A DNA stretch of 64,000 bases from Pecten maximus (taxonomy: Eukaryota). Both the position numbers and the translations under genes were made by a program. This document shows positions 49,558 through 64,000 of the stretch, piece after piece. The number at the start of each line of letters is the position of its first letter. Positions within the stretch are counted from its first letter, which is position 1. The stretch spans positions 27,342,001 to 27,406,000 of the forward strand of contig NC_047033.1 in the NCBI RefSeq assembly GCF_902652985.1, given 5' to 3'. The notes beneath the pieces were generated by a model, which did not search any database, was not told the DNA's origin, and was given only the letters and a program-made list of their open reading frames with translations.

Positions 49558-52309
49558 GTAGTTCTCAAATGTTTTTGTGATTATCTGATTTTTATACAAA
49601 TTTCTATCAATTTACTGCTTTGAAGATATCAAACTTGTTAATTACTTACTATGACCTGTAATGAATTATACTATTTCGACAGATTTCTGAAATTTTAAGT
49701 TTTGCATATTAATAAGTAGCATTTCACTAAAGGTCATATCCTTATAATTACGCCCTACAATTACAAGATATAAACAAATCATAAACAATCAGAACAGAGG
49801 TCAATTCATACTCAAAAGAGCTTTTTTTAATTGTGGTAGAAACAGGTTACACAAACTCTTATTTGTGATTGTTGTATTTGGTATTTCTTTCACTCTCATT
49901 AGTTATTTTTCCTAAGTAACAAAAAAAAAACTCACTAAATTGACAAATTACAAACTTAGTTATAATACAACAACCACTGGTTGTGTAACCTCTATTTCTA
50001 CCCCAGTAGGTGGGGTGTTATACAACTCCCAAGGCAGGAAATAATCATTACAACATTTCATAATACAAATTTATACTACAGCCGCTCGTTGTGAACCTCC
50101 ACATATATTCATTATTTTAACGAGTCTACCATAGATAATATTTTCCCCTTGAATTACCAGCACAAGATGAACTCGATCTTCCTAAGGGAGAGATTTCACG
50201 ACACTTTCCTTACAACCAAATATAATTACTCTTATTCAATAACTGGCCATTTAGAAATTAGGTATGAGCTATAAAATCCGCCTTTGGCATGAAGAGCATA
50301 TTAGATAAATGTGTAGGGCTTTCAGCGTACCACATCATTTCCTTTAGGACTAATTATCTGTTGGAATAGATCAGATATTTGATAAAATCTGGCTACTTTT
50401 GCTTTTTGCTCCAATCAATATTTTGGCTATAAGTTAATAGCAGAGTATAGAATCCTGATGATGGAGACACTAAATATCTGTCAATATGATTCCTGATGAT
50501 GGAGACACTAAATATCTGTCAATATGATTCCTGATGATGGAGACACTAAATATCTGTCAATATGATTCCTTATCAGGAAATAACACTTCAAATCAATTTT
50601 ATTATAACATATGCTCATTTTATAAATATAGATCAGAACAAAAATACTGCCGTCGTCAAATTACCCTCTCCCGAACTGAGCAGAATATTAGTTCTGTATT
50701 TGGCCTAAGAAGCGCAAAAGGGATGCATTTTAATTGAACTATTTTTAGAGATGTTTTTCCATGAAAACTGATATAAGGGTTGGAAGAATAATAAAATAAC
50801 TTGTTTTTGAAAAGTAGTGTCTATATTTCCAAGAAAAAGAGGTGAGGGGGTGTTTCTATAGGGACAAGACTAAAAATGTGTTCATCAGGTGGAATAATTG
50901 GAAAAGGCCCACAGGGCTAACGGTTTATATCTTATACTACTCCAAACACTACTTACTAAGCCCTAATGATTTCCACAAAGTTTTGATTAAACTGCAGCTG
51001 TACGGTTTAAACTTCAAAATACGCTAGAATTATAGGTTTTTCAAGGAGTACTGATGGCAAACATCTGAGCTTCCAGGAAAAATAATGACAGTATTTGGTC
51101 ACCATTGAACAGTCCAACATTTCAGGACTCAATTCACCAGTCGTAGGTGTGTTGACCTCTGAATAGAGTCACACTATTGGGGGCTTTTTGGGCCTGTTAT
51201 TGGGCCCCATTCCCAATTGAAATTATTTCATATTTAAGCTAAATTCCCAAAATTTGCAGTTTACTCCTGAAAAAATCTTTCCCAATTCCCTAATTTTCTT
51301 CCCAATATGAGACAAAAAAGGCCCTTTCCCAAACCAGTGAGAAAAAGCCCTAATATAGCATTATATCGCCAGGTAGCTATATATGTAAGTAAAATGTTAA
51401 TGTGACAAAGAAGAAAAATACAATGATTAGATCAGGATTAAACTGACAGGACCTCCGAACTCTTGACGGATGCTTTAACCATTTAAATTTGAGCTACCAA
51501 GCCACACGCGTCTTTCAAGTCCAGAGTCAAATGGTGAATCAAGTCAGTCAGATAGTCATTCAAGTCAGTCAAAGGTCATTCAAGTCAGTCAGATAGTCTT
51601 TCAAGTCCAAGGTCGAATGGTCGATCAAGTCTATATAAGTATCATCTGTATCAAGTTTATGTAAGTCGATCAATTACATGGTGGTCGATCATTTCAGAAA
51701 GTGTATAATACTACTTTAAGTAAAATCACAAGGCATGGATTATCTTATCTGTATCACTACTAAATGTACAATAGCTGTTTGCTGGTTCATGAAAATCTCA
51801 TTTATCTATCGATTGCCATGAGGAAGCAAGGAAAAGCTTTCAACTGACAACTATAAAGATAGCAATCTGTGCCGTAATAAAATACAGAAAATAGTAGTTA
51901 CCAATTGCAGCCAAGTGACAGCCTACGTTTAATCTTTGTTCATTTTTGTGTCTGATTTCTTTTACACAAAAATCCAGCAAAAGCTGGCCAATTTACTATG
52001 CAAATGAGGGTGCTTTGAATTAACTCTGTAACAGCTGTCCAAATCAAAGTTATCTTCAATTTTTAAATTTATTGCAATTTAATTCAATTTTCATTGATTT
52101 TATCCTTCATGTTTTAAAAAAGATTTAAAACTTGAGAAATACAAATGCTGTCTACCTAGTTGATATGCATATGTCTGTCAGGTAATATAACTAAATTGTA
52201 AAACTGCAACACTTAAACCTTTCTCAATATATAATGCAATCAAGTCATATTTACATTAGCTGACACTGGGTAAATAATTGGACCCAACAAAGAAATAGAC
52301 GAAGGCTGC

Positions 52310-53490
52310 ATTCAGTGGCCTTTATAGACAGAATTCTGAGAACACATGTACTTGTCTTTAAATCAATGGCCTTTATAAACAGGTATCTGAGTACATGTGT
52401 ACTTGTCTTTACATAAACAGGTTTTTGATCATGAGTACGCATGTACTTGTCTTTTAAGTCAGTGGCCTTTATAAACAGGTTTTTGAGTACACATGTACTT
52501 GTCTTTAGTCAGTGGTCTTAATAAACAGGTTTTTGAGAACACATGTACAGTGTACCCTCGTCCTATCACCACCCGATTCTACCGCCACCCTCGCATACCG
52601 CCACCTACACCCCTAGAACGGATTTCCCTTCTATATAATTCCCTCGTTAAGTTCGCCACCCTTGCATACCGCCATCCGCCACGTTCATAGCAATACGAAC
52701 GTCCCAAATCCCTATATATTACCCTCGACGATATCGCCATCGTGGTCCGTTTTTCTGCGATCTAGGAACTCTTTAGTGTTCTATTTATAGAATTAGGGAA
52801 TTTCCTTTTTCACAGGTAACTTAGTTATACGCTTGAATGAGTTTCTATCACTCAGGTAGATATATGTATAGATGTTTATATATGTGACATCTACACACAG
52901 GTATGGTTTGATTTGTAATAAAGCATGACTGATTTCTGCTCAATAAGTGTTCTTATTTATGGTATGAACGATTTGGCTTCATCAGTCGAGATGGAAACTC
53001 CGAGACGAAAGCGTGTTCTTCAGACTTGATCCAGTGCCGCATAATTTCCAATAAAATTCGACAGATTGTAACAGATGGCATGAGACAAAAGCAAATTAAT
53101 GACTTTTTTTCAGAAATTACATATGTAAATATGTATTTGTAAGCTACGAAATGTACGGTCAATACCATGGTGTCTTATATGTTAACTCATTGTGTTTTTA
53201 TTAAAACGTTGGTACAACATTATCTTTTACTGTTGTAATGTTCATGATTCGATACTAACGCCACCCTCGTTATACCGCCATAATTGACACGGACGAAATG
53301 TGGCGATATAACGAGGGTAGACTGTACTTGTCTTTAAGTCAGTGGTCTTTATAAACAGGTTTTTGAGTACACATGTACTTGTCTTTAAGTCAGTGGTCTT
53401 TATAAACAGGTTTTTGAGTACACATGTACTTGTCTTTAAGTCAGTGGTCTTTATAGACAGGTTTTTTAGTACAAGTGTACTCGTCTTTTG
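52310..53490. repeat. About 51-bp minisatellite interrupted by a MITE
   Basis: Unit cacatgtacttgtctttaagtcagtggtctttataaacaggtttttgagta on both sides of the insertion. Confidence 0.85.
52548..53324. mobile_element. Tc1/mariner (pogo-like) non-autonomous element
   Basis: TA TSD (52546-47, 53325-26); TIRs cagtgtaccctcgt / acgagggtagactg; subterminal ccgccaccctcg repeats. Confidence 0.85.
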
Positions 53491-54469
53491 TTCAATCTTT
53501 TGACACTTATTATCTTCCAGCCAGTGTAAATGCCATTATTATGTACAATACTTCTTTTATGAAAATGAATAGTTTAAGTTTCAGAAAATCACAAAAGTAA
53601 AGTTGAACATCTGAAAATTTGCCATGTACAATATCAAAAAGTTTGGCCAGTTTTTCAGAGTGGACAGTTTTTTTTAAAGATGATTGATTATCATCCATTG
53701 ATCCAGATCAATTTATTGATCAGCTATCGTGCTTGATGACTTAAAGTGTTAAAAATTAACATGGATAATTTTAAATCTGAGTAGAAAACTAACATTGATA
53801 ATTATAGATCTGAATAAAAATTCATTGCATTTGTAGCAAAATACTTTTGGGAAATTCAAAACATATCATATATATTATCTGTTGATATGGAATTCAAAAT
53901 AGTGACAATCAGAGAAGTCACCTGACCCTTGACCCTTGACCTTAAGTCATCATAGCATGACATTGTCCCGTTCTTGTACTAAATGTTTGTATAGGGAGGT
54001 CCCCGATGATAATATCAAGTACACCACAGGATTTTAATTTTCACTCTCAGATTTACTGTTGAATCTAGCTGATAGTGTAATTTATGATCCCTAAGGATGA
54101 TAATTTCATAAAGTTGATTTGTTTCATAAATTGTTTTTATAACATAATATTAAATTCCGATGCCATGAACATAACAACTACCAATGATATTTTCACATAC
54201 CTCGCATATCCCAAAGGCTACATCAAAGTATTCATTTTGACGCTCTCAAATTTAAGAGCATAACTGAACTTTAAAAATAGATTACATAAATGCCTGGCCT
54301 GCAGGTCTACCATGTAACGCAGCTATGACAAAGTCCTACATGTCCTACGACACCTAGCTGTGTAATTATGTTATTGTGACGTCATAAATAATTTGACGAT
54401 TCAATCAAGAAATGACATCACACCATTCAATGTCTCTGCAGAGAAAAACATACTGTTTAGACGAAATTT

Positions 54470-54812
54470 ACCTGTCTTAATAATTTTCCAGTTTTCTCTG
54501 TCTTAATAATTTCCAGTTTTCCCTGTCTTAATAATTTTCCAGTTTTCCATGTCTTAATAATTTTCCAATTTCCCAAGCTGTCTTAATAATTTTCCAGTTT
54601 ACCTGTCTTAATAATTTTCCAGTTTCCCAAGCTGTCTTGATAATTTTCCAGTTTTCCAAGCTGTCTTGATAATTTTCCAGTTTTCCCTGTCTTAATAATT
54701 TTCCAGTTTCCCTGTCTTAATAATTTTTTAGTTTTACCTGTCTTAATAATTTTCCAGTTTACCTGTCTTGATAATTTTCCAGTTTACCTGTCTTGATAAT
54801 TTTCCAGTTTTC
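54470..54812. repeat. About 26-bp minisatellite
   Basis: Unit cctgtcttaataattttccagtttta. Confidence 0.85.
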
Positions 54813-54989
54813 CCTTATACAGATCTAGAGTGTATTCTCACCTTCTCTGACCTAGTAGAATCAAATATTGACCGAGTATGGAACCCGAGGTCAATATTTT
54901 AGGTTCTACCATGGCCACATGACTATAACAGTACCACCATAATGACCGAATCAAAGGTCCATAATTTTCAGGAAATTTACATTGAGGCA

Positions 54990-55404
54990 CAATCTAATTA
55001 AAATCTAGATGGTCATTCTCACTACGTTACATAAACATCTTACAACATCCCGTATGTATAAGGGGTCACGTCGGGGTGACGTTTGATATGTGTGTATTTC
55101 ACTTTCAGGGTGAATTGTCAATTTGTTGATGTCATCGAAGCAAACCATTTCGTCACAGCATACATCTGAAGCAAACCATTTCAGCACAGCATGCTTTGTG
55201 GGACAAACTGACTTGAAACAAATTGACAGATTATGCAAGCTATGCACTTTAGTCATGCTAATTCGGATATACACTATTCACTTCCAAGATTCTTGAAGTA
55301 GTCATTTGATTGGCTAATATAAAAGGTCACACCGTCGTGACCCCTTTGGGATGTTGTTAGATGTTAACATAGTGAGAATTACCACCTAGATTTTAATCAG
55401 ATTG
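54990..55404. mobile_element. Mutator-like MITE with about 100-bp imperfect TIRs
   Basis: caatctaattaaaatctagatggt... / ...accacctagattttaatcagattg; 9-bp flanks attgaggca / atcgaggca. Confidence 0.75.
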
Positions 55405-56334
55405 ATCGAGGCATTGTGACGTGGCAATGATTGACATCATAAATGCAATACTGACTTGCATTTGGGTGTTTCTAAAGATAGAAACATCGGGTTAATATCT
55501 CTCCGACTCCACATGACCATGCATGTTTTAGTCAATGAAAATGCAAATCGGACCATATCTAGAATTTTCTGTTACATGCAAACAAGACAAAGAATTTATC
55601 AATATATTGTTATGAACATTTACGAAAATTGTGCTGAAAATTTCTCAGATTTACTAGTAGAGAGGAAATATCACAGAGTGTTATATCTAGCTGTTCCGTG
55701 GAATACAAATGCTGGTAATAAACAAGTCAACCAGTATTTGTTCAGAGTTAATGCATGGAACCCATTCATTCTTCAAAACAGGCGTGAAATGAGTTGATCT
55801 AGGGCCCAGTTATAACTGACAGGCCACTTAGGTACAGGAGGAGGAATAATGAGGGGGGGGGGGGGGGGGGGGGGGGGGGAGTAGAAGAGGAGGAGGGGGA
55901 GGAGGAGGGTCAGGTCATATGAAAATAGAAAAATATGGCGGAGTGGAAAAGTGGAGGAAAAGGAGGATGACAACAACAATGATAATGAGGACACCTAGCT
56001 ACCGGTAATTACATGTGGAATCTTCTGATTCCACTTACGAAGATTCCACTAACACTCCTAAATGTAACAGGTTGCCATTTCCTATAAACGATTCACATTA
56101 ATTAGACTCAGATGTGTAGTACAGAGATGAGAGGCTTCACCAATACAAACATAATCTGGCCCTAAACCTTATTTATGATATATATACATCTGACAATCTA
56201 TCACCGTGATAACAGACAATATAAATATACACAATGTCAAAATGTTGAACATCTGACCACATCTGAATCTGACAATCTACCACCATAATAACAGACAATG
56301 GTATGGGAGTCATGTCTCACATAACCTTTAAACT

Positions 56335-56730
56335 GTTGTATGGTTGTGGCCATCGTTGATTTGAAGTATGTTTGTATGGTGGGCGTCGTTGATTTGATCT
56401 AGGTTTGTATGGCGGGTGTCGTCGATTTAACCTAAATTTGTATGGCGGGTGTCGTCGATTTGACCTAGATTTGTATGGCGGGTGTCGTCGATTTGACCTA
56501 GATTTGTATGGCGGTGTCGTCAATTTGACCTAGGTTTGTATGGTGGACGTCGTTGATTTGACCTAGATTTGTATGGCGGGTGTCATCAATCTGACATAGG
56601 TTTGTATGGAAGGTGTCGTCGATTTGACCTAGATTTGTCTCACGGGTACCGGTGTCGTCAATTTGACCCTAGATTTGTATGGAAGGTGTCGTCGATTTGA
56701 CCTAGATTTGTCTGATGGGTGTCATCAATG
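56335..56730. repeat. About 33-bp minisatellite
   Basis: Unit tttgacctagatttgtatggcgggtgtcgtcga. Confidence 0.85.
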
Positions 56731-57879
56731 AAGCAGAAGATGCTTATCCTTCCTGAACATCTGGTCTTAATAACAGAATTTATTATCTTAGCCTTAAATT
56801 TGTTATCAATGTTTTTAGTACTGAACGAAGTAAAGCATTGAAAGGTTGTCAATATATTTAAAATCTCCTTAATCACTTGGTTCAGTAACATTACAAAAAT
56901 ATATGCGAAGCCGAAGATTTACGAACACTTCCACAAATTTGTAATTAATTGCCTTTTCAAAATCATCATCAATGATCGATTTTATTCTAAGTTTATTCAA
57001 TTAAATTCTATTTTTTTTTAGATCATCGGCCCAACACTACCAATAAATTCATTTTTTCTTCATCATCAACCGTTAATCTAACATCCTATAGTGTATACAT
57101 ATTTGAACCTCGTTTGAGCAGGAATTTTGTCTTGGACATATTTTGGATAACGAGGAAGCCCAGTGTATGACAAATGACTGTGTACTACATATATATATAG
57201 ATTAGAGAGCACAGGTAACCATCATTCACATGTAGTCAAAAGTGATTATGTTGCAAATAATTTGGCAGTTGTGTGGATTTGGCTACTACGTTTGGCACAA
57301 ACTGACTTCTGTTAGAGATTTTGGAGATATCGATGGAAATATGTAAACCCCATCAACACACAATGTTCTACTGTTCACCAGGAAGATATCTCGTCAAACT
57401 CAAATCATTATAGCCCAACTTGAGGGTAATCTTTAGCATGTATGGGTAAAGATTTTTAATATTGATGCATTGAGAATAGCCAGTCACCACCACTGTACCT
57501 GATCAGCTCAGGAATTTCTAAGGGGAAAATTTAAGACATATTTTACTTTCAATCTATATACATGTAAAACTACTCAAACAGCTAAGTCATTCTAAAAATA
57601 AAGCGTTTAATGGTTTGGGTGGTGTACATGTTTCATCTTCAAAATCACCAAACCCAACATAAAGTCAAAATTCATCAGTGTTTCTTCAAAAATACATATA
57701 AAACATGATAAAACTGTCTATACTCATGAATTAATCCACCAATAAGCCCCCTACTCACAAATAAACCCCTGTTCAAAAATAAGCCCTTAGACCTGCATAC
57801 AATTAAATCCCCTCACAAATATATAATATAAGCTCTTGATCACAAATTAGACTCATTAATCCTCACATACATAAACCTC

Positions 57880-58645
57880 GAATAAGTCCCTTCACAAATA
57901 AGTCCCCTCACAAATAAGTCCCTTCACAAATAAGTCCCCTCACAAATAAGTCCCTTCACAAATAAGTCCCCTCACAAATAAGTTCCCTCACAAATAAGTC
58001 CCTTCACAAATAAGCCCCATGATCACAAATAAGCCCCATCACAAATAATTATAAGTCCCCTCATCAATAAGTCCCTTCACAAATAAACTCCCCTTACAAA
58101 TAAGCCTTTCCTCACAAATAAGTCCCCTCACAAATAAGTCCCTTCACAAATAAGTCACCTCACAAATAAGTTCCCTCACAAATAAGTCCCTTCACAAATA
58201 AGCCCCATGATCACAAATAAGCCCCATCACAAATAATTATAAGTCCCCTCATCAATAAGTCCCTTCACAAATAAACTCCCCTTACAAATAAGCCTTTCCT
58301 CACAAATAAGTCCCCTCACAAATAAGTCCCTTCACAAATAAGTCACCTCACAAATAAGTTCCCTCACAAATAAGTCCCTTCACAAATAAGCCCCATCACA
58401 AATAATTATAAGTCCCCTCATCAATAAGTCCCTTCACAAATAAACTCCCCTTACAAATAAGCCTTTCCTCACAAATAAGTCCCCTCACAAATAAGTCCCT
58501 TCACAAATAAGTCCCCTCACAAATAAGTCCCCTCACAAATAAGTTCCCTCACAAATAAGTCCCCTCATCAATAAGTCCCTTCACAAATAAACTCCCCTTA
58601 CAAATAAGTCTTTCCTCACAAATAAGTCCCCTCACAAATAAGCCA
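57880..58645. repeat. About 16-bp minisatellite with higher-order blocks
   Basis: Unit cacaaataagtcccct. Confidence 0.9.
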
Positions 58646-59737
58646 ATTCACATTATTGCAGAAATCAACTTAAATATGATTTATAGCTTATAAGTAATTA
58701 GCAAAAAACAAGCTTTACAAACAGCTATATATATATCCTCTCCCTAAACTTTTATACAAAACTTAGGGGTCTTATATATTATTAATCAGGGATTGATAAT
58801 GTACAGTAATTCAACGCATCAATTAAATTTGAACGCATCTCTTCAAATTTTGATTGTTTATAACTATGCGGCAGCCCTGTTAGCAATACAGATACACTGT
58901 CTGCATAAAATTCTGCTGTCTGGTTCTTGTTGATGATTTCCCTGTAGGAACTGTGCTGTTTCCTACGTATCTGGGACGTTTATTTCAGTGATTTCAAGAT
59001 AAAGAGGGACATTTGACATTTACATGCCTACAAGGCCACAATACTATGTTAAACCAGCTGGTCTTGCTTTGTCTACTTAACAATACATTTCAAATCATTT
59101 TAAAATGAAGCTGTACATGTTTTATCCTAAAAATATATATTCATAAATACATATATACTGATACAATTTAATATGATAACATCAACCCTGCAGATTCTTA
59201 AAATATTTGTTGGCCTCACGTAGAACAGCAAAACATTTAATGTCAGCTGTCTGTCAAGCACTTGGAGGATCCTGAGTAATATATGATAGAGAACACCATT
59301 TACATTTCTAGATCTATCATCAATTTCCTCTAAACAAAAACTTCCCCTGGTAGTTGTGTAGTTAAGTCCATCCGCTCTGTCTGGTAAACCATGGTTCAAC
59401 CCTGGGTCACACGAATACAAATAACATATATAATACCTACCAGGGACTTCCAACAACGAATCTCAGTCTACATTTTGGCAATAAGTTAAGACAAATAAGA
59501 AATATGCAATATTTCCCCCAATAAACTCCTCCATAAAAGCAGGGTACTAGTAAATTAATTAAAAATTTAAGTGATTTGCAAAAGTTCCATTTAAGTAACA
59601 CCGAATCTCAGTCTACATTTTGGCAATAAGTTGAAAGAAGAAATGTGTAATATTTCCCCCAATCAACTCTACAACATCGAAGCAAAAGTAAATTAATTTA
59701 AAAATCAAAGTGATTTGCAAAAGTTTTTTTTTTAATG

Positions 59738-59906
59738 CAGGGCTTTCTCTGGGGGCTTTTTGGGGCCGTTAATCAGGGTCCCATTCCCAATTGAAATTAT
59801 TTCATATTTAAGCGTTTACTCCTAAAAATATCTTTCCCAATTCACCAATTTTCATCCCAAAATAAGACAAAAAGGCCCTTTCCCAATCCCTTGAGAAAAA
59901 GCCCTG
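59738..59906. mobile_element. About 170-bp MITE; second degenerate copy at about 51178-51351
   Basis: TIR cagggctttctct / gagaaaaagccctg; shared internal ttcccaattgaaattatttcatatttaagc. Confidence 0.7.
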
Positions 59907-61885
59907 TACTGTCATTTAAGTATATATATTATATATTATAGATGTTTATTTCTCTCGGTACAACTACGACAGGAAATTTAAATCTTTATCTTTGGATCAC
60001 CAACACATAGTGTATATGATACATTGTGCTAATAAATAGATATAGCTTAGAAACACAAATGACGAAGGAAGACAACTTTTTGACTCGTGCCCTGACCGGG
60101 CCTCGAACTCACGATCTACGGCACCCAATTGCCTAGCCAGTATGTTTATATAGATCTATCTGTAAATTTGTAGCGTCTTGTTTGTCACTTAACTAGCTAG
60201 GTGATGAGGCCAGTGGGAATTTCCCTCTGGCATAGAGGAAAGACGTCCACTTACAGAACCAGAGTTCTCTAGTTTGAGCTCCAGTGAGGGCAGAATATTT
60301 CCTATAACTCCTCCGTGAGATGTCAAATTCTGAACGTGATTTGGCAGTAGATGATCATTCACTGATCAAAATATCAATCAAATAATGTTTTCTTCTCTGA
60401 GGTGGTGTCAAATACTGACGGTGTTCTGGCAACTGATATTGTTTCACTGATCAAAAATAATTTATGAGAGGGATGTACTTTTTGCCTTGGAATGAGGAAT
60501 TAGTCAGAAAGAGTAAAAAAAAATACAAGGAAAATCTAAAAACAATATTCCCGTTCCAGTGAACACCATTCCATAGTAAAAACTATCTAACGATAATCCC
60601 ATTTCTGTGAATACCATGCCGAAGTAGAAATTATTTCACAGTATTCCCATTTCAGTGAACATTGTGCCAGAAATAGAAACTAATTAACGATAATCCCGTT
60701 CCAGTGAACATCATTTTGAGGTAAAAACTAATCAACAATATTCTCAGTTTAGTGAATATCATCCCAGAGTAGAAACTTTTTCACATTTCTTTCAGGGGAT
60801 TTTGAATCAGCTCCAAATATCAATTGTACTTTTAGAACAGAAAAGATAAATTTTGGCAGCAGAAAGAACCTTATTATAATTATAGGGCAAATCATTCTAT
60901 ACAATTGTACATTTTTTTTAGAAATTATTTTTTTAACATCAACTGAACTTTTTTAGCAGTCAGATGAGCTTTGCTGTTACCGAGCTTGGGCCAACTGTTG
61001 AATAAATAGCATACATTTCACTAAAACGTAAAGCTTCATCATGTGGATGGGGCTGATATGAAATATTTTACACATTGAATAATATGAAAGGGTTTGAAGA
61101 TGTTAGATGTTTTGTTTCAATATTATTTACAATTGATCAGTTGATACTGGTTGTATTTCCGACATCGATATTGTCTGAAAAAACATCACCGGCTTCATTT
61201 ACGACCATGCGAAAAAAAAACCTTTGGACCTCATTTAAATTAGATGCTAAACTCAGGCTTCTATAGCTCGATCTACTTGCATTGAGAAGATAAACAAACC
61301 GGTCCTGAGGCTGAGACAATTGGGCTTCACACATTACCTGTCACGGGTGTTTTTCACAGTTGACTGGCGTGACCTCGTCTCATGATCGCTCAGGTAAGGC
61401 CGGTTTTCAGAAGTAAATTTTGGTATATTTTAACAGGAACCGGACACAAAATCGGTCTGGTGTTCAGAGGTATCAGTATTTTTTTAATACTATGATAAAT
61501 TTTAAAAGGACCAATTCCGTACAATGACAATTCTTTCGGTATTCAGAGGTGTTCGGTTTTTAGAAGGTTCAGTTTTCGGAAGTTGCACTGTATATATGTT
61601 TGTGAAGATGTAATGACAAATAAAACTATATCTGTACATCAGTGGAATTCAATTTTGATATTTGTATACACACAACATAAACATATGATAGGTCTAAATT
61701 GTTTGTACCACATATTTACATACTAAGTGGCACTGTTTTGACATAACACACGAGTCATGTATATTGTACATCTTTGTCTATTAAATGCATGTTCATCAAT
61801 ATGAAAGGACACATGTATATTAAAACACACATATTTACATCACAGGGCCTCGCGTCAGTTTCCACATTACATATATATATATAAT

Positions 61886-62066
61886 TATATGACACGGGCT
61901 CGTTTTCGGGATTCTGAGAAACCTATGACATGGGGCTTATAGACCGATAACCCAATTTTTTAATAAGGTTTCAGAATGTATATGAATACTTAATTTATAG
62001 TGTTGTGGTTGTTAACTGATGTCATATGTTACTCAGAATCCCGAAACCGAGCCCCTGTGATATATG
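61886..62066. mobile_element. Inverted-repeat (MITE-like) element in CDK14 intron 1
   Basis: acacgggctcgttttcgggattctgag..ac.tatgaca / tgtcatatgttactcagaatcccgaaaccgagcccctgt. Confidence 0.6.
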
Positions 62067-62422
62067 ACATGCACTTCGCATTGATTTCGTCTGGTGGCGG
62101 GGTCAGGGGATACTCGGACTACAAACTATGTACTATAATAGGGACGCTAGCTGTAACAGAACTGAGCACCCAGAGCAGGTGACAAGTACAATGACGCCAG
62201 ACAGGTCAGTGTATTGTGGATAAGACAACAGACTAGGAACTGGGTATCCATGTCCCCTCCCCCGGAGAAATAGGCTCTTCCCCTGGAGAACTAAGGGCTT
62301 TAAATTAAGGAGTTGTAAACATGACTCATAACAAACAAAGAGTTATACTGCTTGTTTGGTGACATCGACCAACTGTTCGTCTGTCAAACAGCCGCCCGCC
62401 TAGTCTACAAAAACAGTCTTAC

Positions 62423-62471
62423 CGTCTCTCATCTTGATTTTCTCCGCTTGGCATTTATTGTCCGACGCCAT
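62423..62471 (-). CDS. CDK14: CDK14 exon 1 (MASDNKCQAEKIKMRD)
   Basis: caaATGGCG start with an in-frame upstream TGA; donor ACG|gtaaga; phase 1 matches exon 2. Confidence 0.7.
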
Positions 62472-62569
62472 TTGGAGGCTGTCTGAGATTCTAGATCACC
62501 CCCATATAACACATCCACATGAATTACATAGCACTGTAACGTTCACTCCTTTTCTTTTAATACACAGTT

Positions 62570-62578
62570 CGCCATTTT
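62570..62578 (-). promoter_or_regulatory. YY1-like motif (AAAATGGCG) near the probable CDK14 transcription start
   Basis: CGCCATTTT on +, about 100 nt upstream of the start codon. Confidence 0.3.
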
Positions 62579-64000
62579 ATGGCATATTGGTAGACACCGG
62601 AATTTTTCATGCAATCTATAGCATACATTAGATAGGTTCCGAATGAACTTGCTCTCAAGGCCTCCGCGAAGCTTGAAATAGAAAGTAGGCGAACTAAGCT
62701 ATAAAATCAGTGGTTTTTGATATTTTACTTTTCTCAAACAGGTTGAGTAGGTTTAGAAAAAAATACATGATAATAAGTAGTTGTTTTTATTTTATACGTT
62801 GATGATATGTTAGAAACTTTTTTTTCAGGCCAAAACGATATAGGCCTATTGATCATTGAGTAGTAACCTAGTGCAAAGGGAAATAACTCGTATAGGCTTA
62901 TTGCCCATTATGATAAGCTGTGTTTTTGATCCGAAATATAAAAAAAAGAGATGGGGGGTGGGGGGGGGGGGGGGGGGGTATTTTATCTATTCTCATATAT
63001 TTATCTTTAAGACACAACTTCAACACATTTTTCAAGACGCATAATTTCCATGGAAAACATTCGTCAAATGTCACGTTTATGGCAGTCCTTCGATATTTGC
63101 TGTCGATGACTTTTACATGTAATATTTTTAAATTTCGTTAAAAACGCGTTTAAAATCATACTTCAATAATGTTTGATTTGTTGAGCATGAATTCTTCTGC
63201 TAAATTATAGATGGCTGAAGATGCCAGAACCTCAGGAAAATTGAAGCAATGGTTGACAACAATATCTGTTCTGAGTTTTATCGTCACTGGATGGTAGCAC
63301 AGACTTGTATATTAGATATGTCGGATAGCTATGTTAAACTTTAGGATACATCATGTACTGTTAAAAACATCACTGATAAGAGATTGTGTGCCAAAGATCA
63401 TTCTATGTTTTGATGTAGCACTTTTTATACAAATAAAATGGAATTGTAGCTAGGCTAGGCATTTTAATCTTTTATTTTGTAGAATATCACATTGTTGTTG
63501 ATGGCCATTGGACACACATATCTCTTGCTTCTAACAATGGCTCTAAAACCAGAATTAGTAGAACTTAAAACAAAAACAAAACAGACAAAAAAGAAGGAAA
63601 AAAATAAAAGAAATAAAAAATAATTTGTATTTTACAATAATTTTTTTTATTGCGAAATATTATCGCAAAGCCTATAGTAACGCGTCAAAATGGGTTTTTA
63701 ACGCGTTAAATTTTAGCTTATGCGAGTAGCTTATTTCATTTCTAAATGAACGGCTTTTCACAATACATATTCCCAGCCATTGAAGACACACAAGAAGAAC
63801 AAGTTGTTCCAATTTTACATTTAGCAATTTTTGATTGAAGGAGTCACAATCCCGATACCAAGCTTTAATTAAAATTTACAAGTCTTATATTCTGCCATTA
63901 TTTGAATACTGTTGTGAGGTTTGGGACGGTTGTTCTCTCGGTGATGCAGACAAATTGGAAAAACTTCACTTAGAAATAGCAAGAATAATTACTGGATTAC

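Larger units (their letters stand above)
17125..62471 (-). other. CDK14: Complete PFTAIRE-family cyclin-dependent kinase gene (CDK14/Eip63E-like), 17 coding exons, about 520 aa
   Basis: Manually spliced GT-AG exons total 1563 nt with consistent phases. Motifs: [65 protein letters not shown]. Confidence 0.93.

Noticed and set aside
54842-54912. Possible minus-strand exon ending AAG|gtgaga next to the 26-bp array
   Set aside because: Phase is incompatible with exon 2 and the sequence is a palindrome typical of a MITE remnant.
60084-60300. tRNA-like fragments (gttcgaggcc B-box-like motif on the minus strand)
   Set aside because: Too degenerate to call; probably old SINE remnants.

Overview
Eukaryotic, AT-rich and intron-rich genomic DNA. 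The SINE, HINE and MITE types suggest a bivalve mollusc (inference). Two convergent genes are present. On the + strand are the last three coding exons of an alpha-catulin (CTNNAL1-like) gene (118-2380). On the - strand is a complete 17-coding-exon PFTAIRE kinase gene (CDK14/Eip63E-like; ATG at 62471, stop at 17125). Its exons splice in consistent phase to about 520 aa, and an extra 3'-UTR exon is likely. Introns and UTRs hold about 40 minisatellite arrays, Helentron-associated (HINE-like) elements, SINEs and small MITEs. The most striking unexplained pattern is that many arrays are amplifications of the genes' own exon-intron junctions. At least 8 splice sites are copied 2 to about 50 times into the adjacent intron, giving runs of decoy or alternative donors and acceptors. 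Some of these runs are in frame and stop-free. One older array appears to have lost the GT. Most long ORFs in the supplied track are translations of these repeats, not genes.
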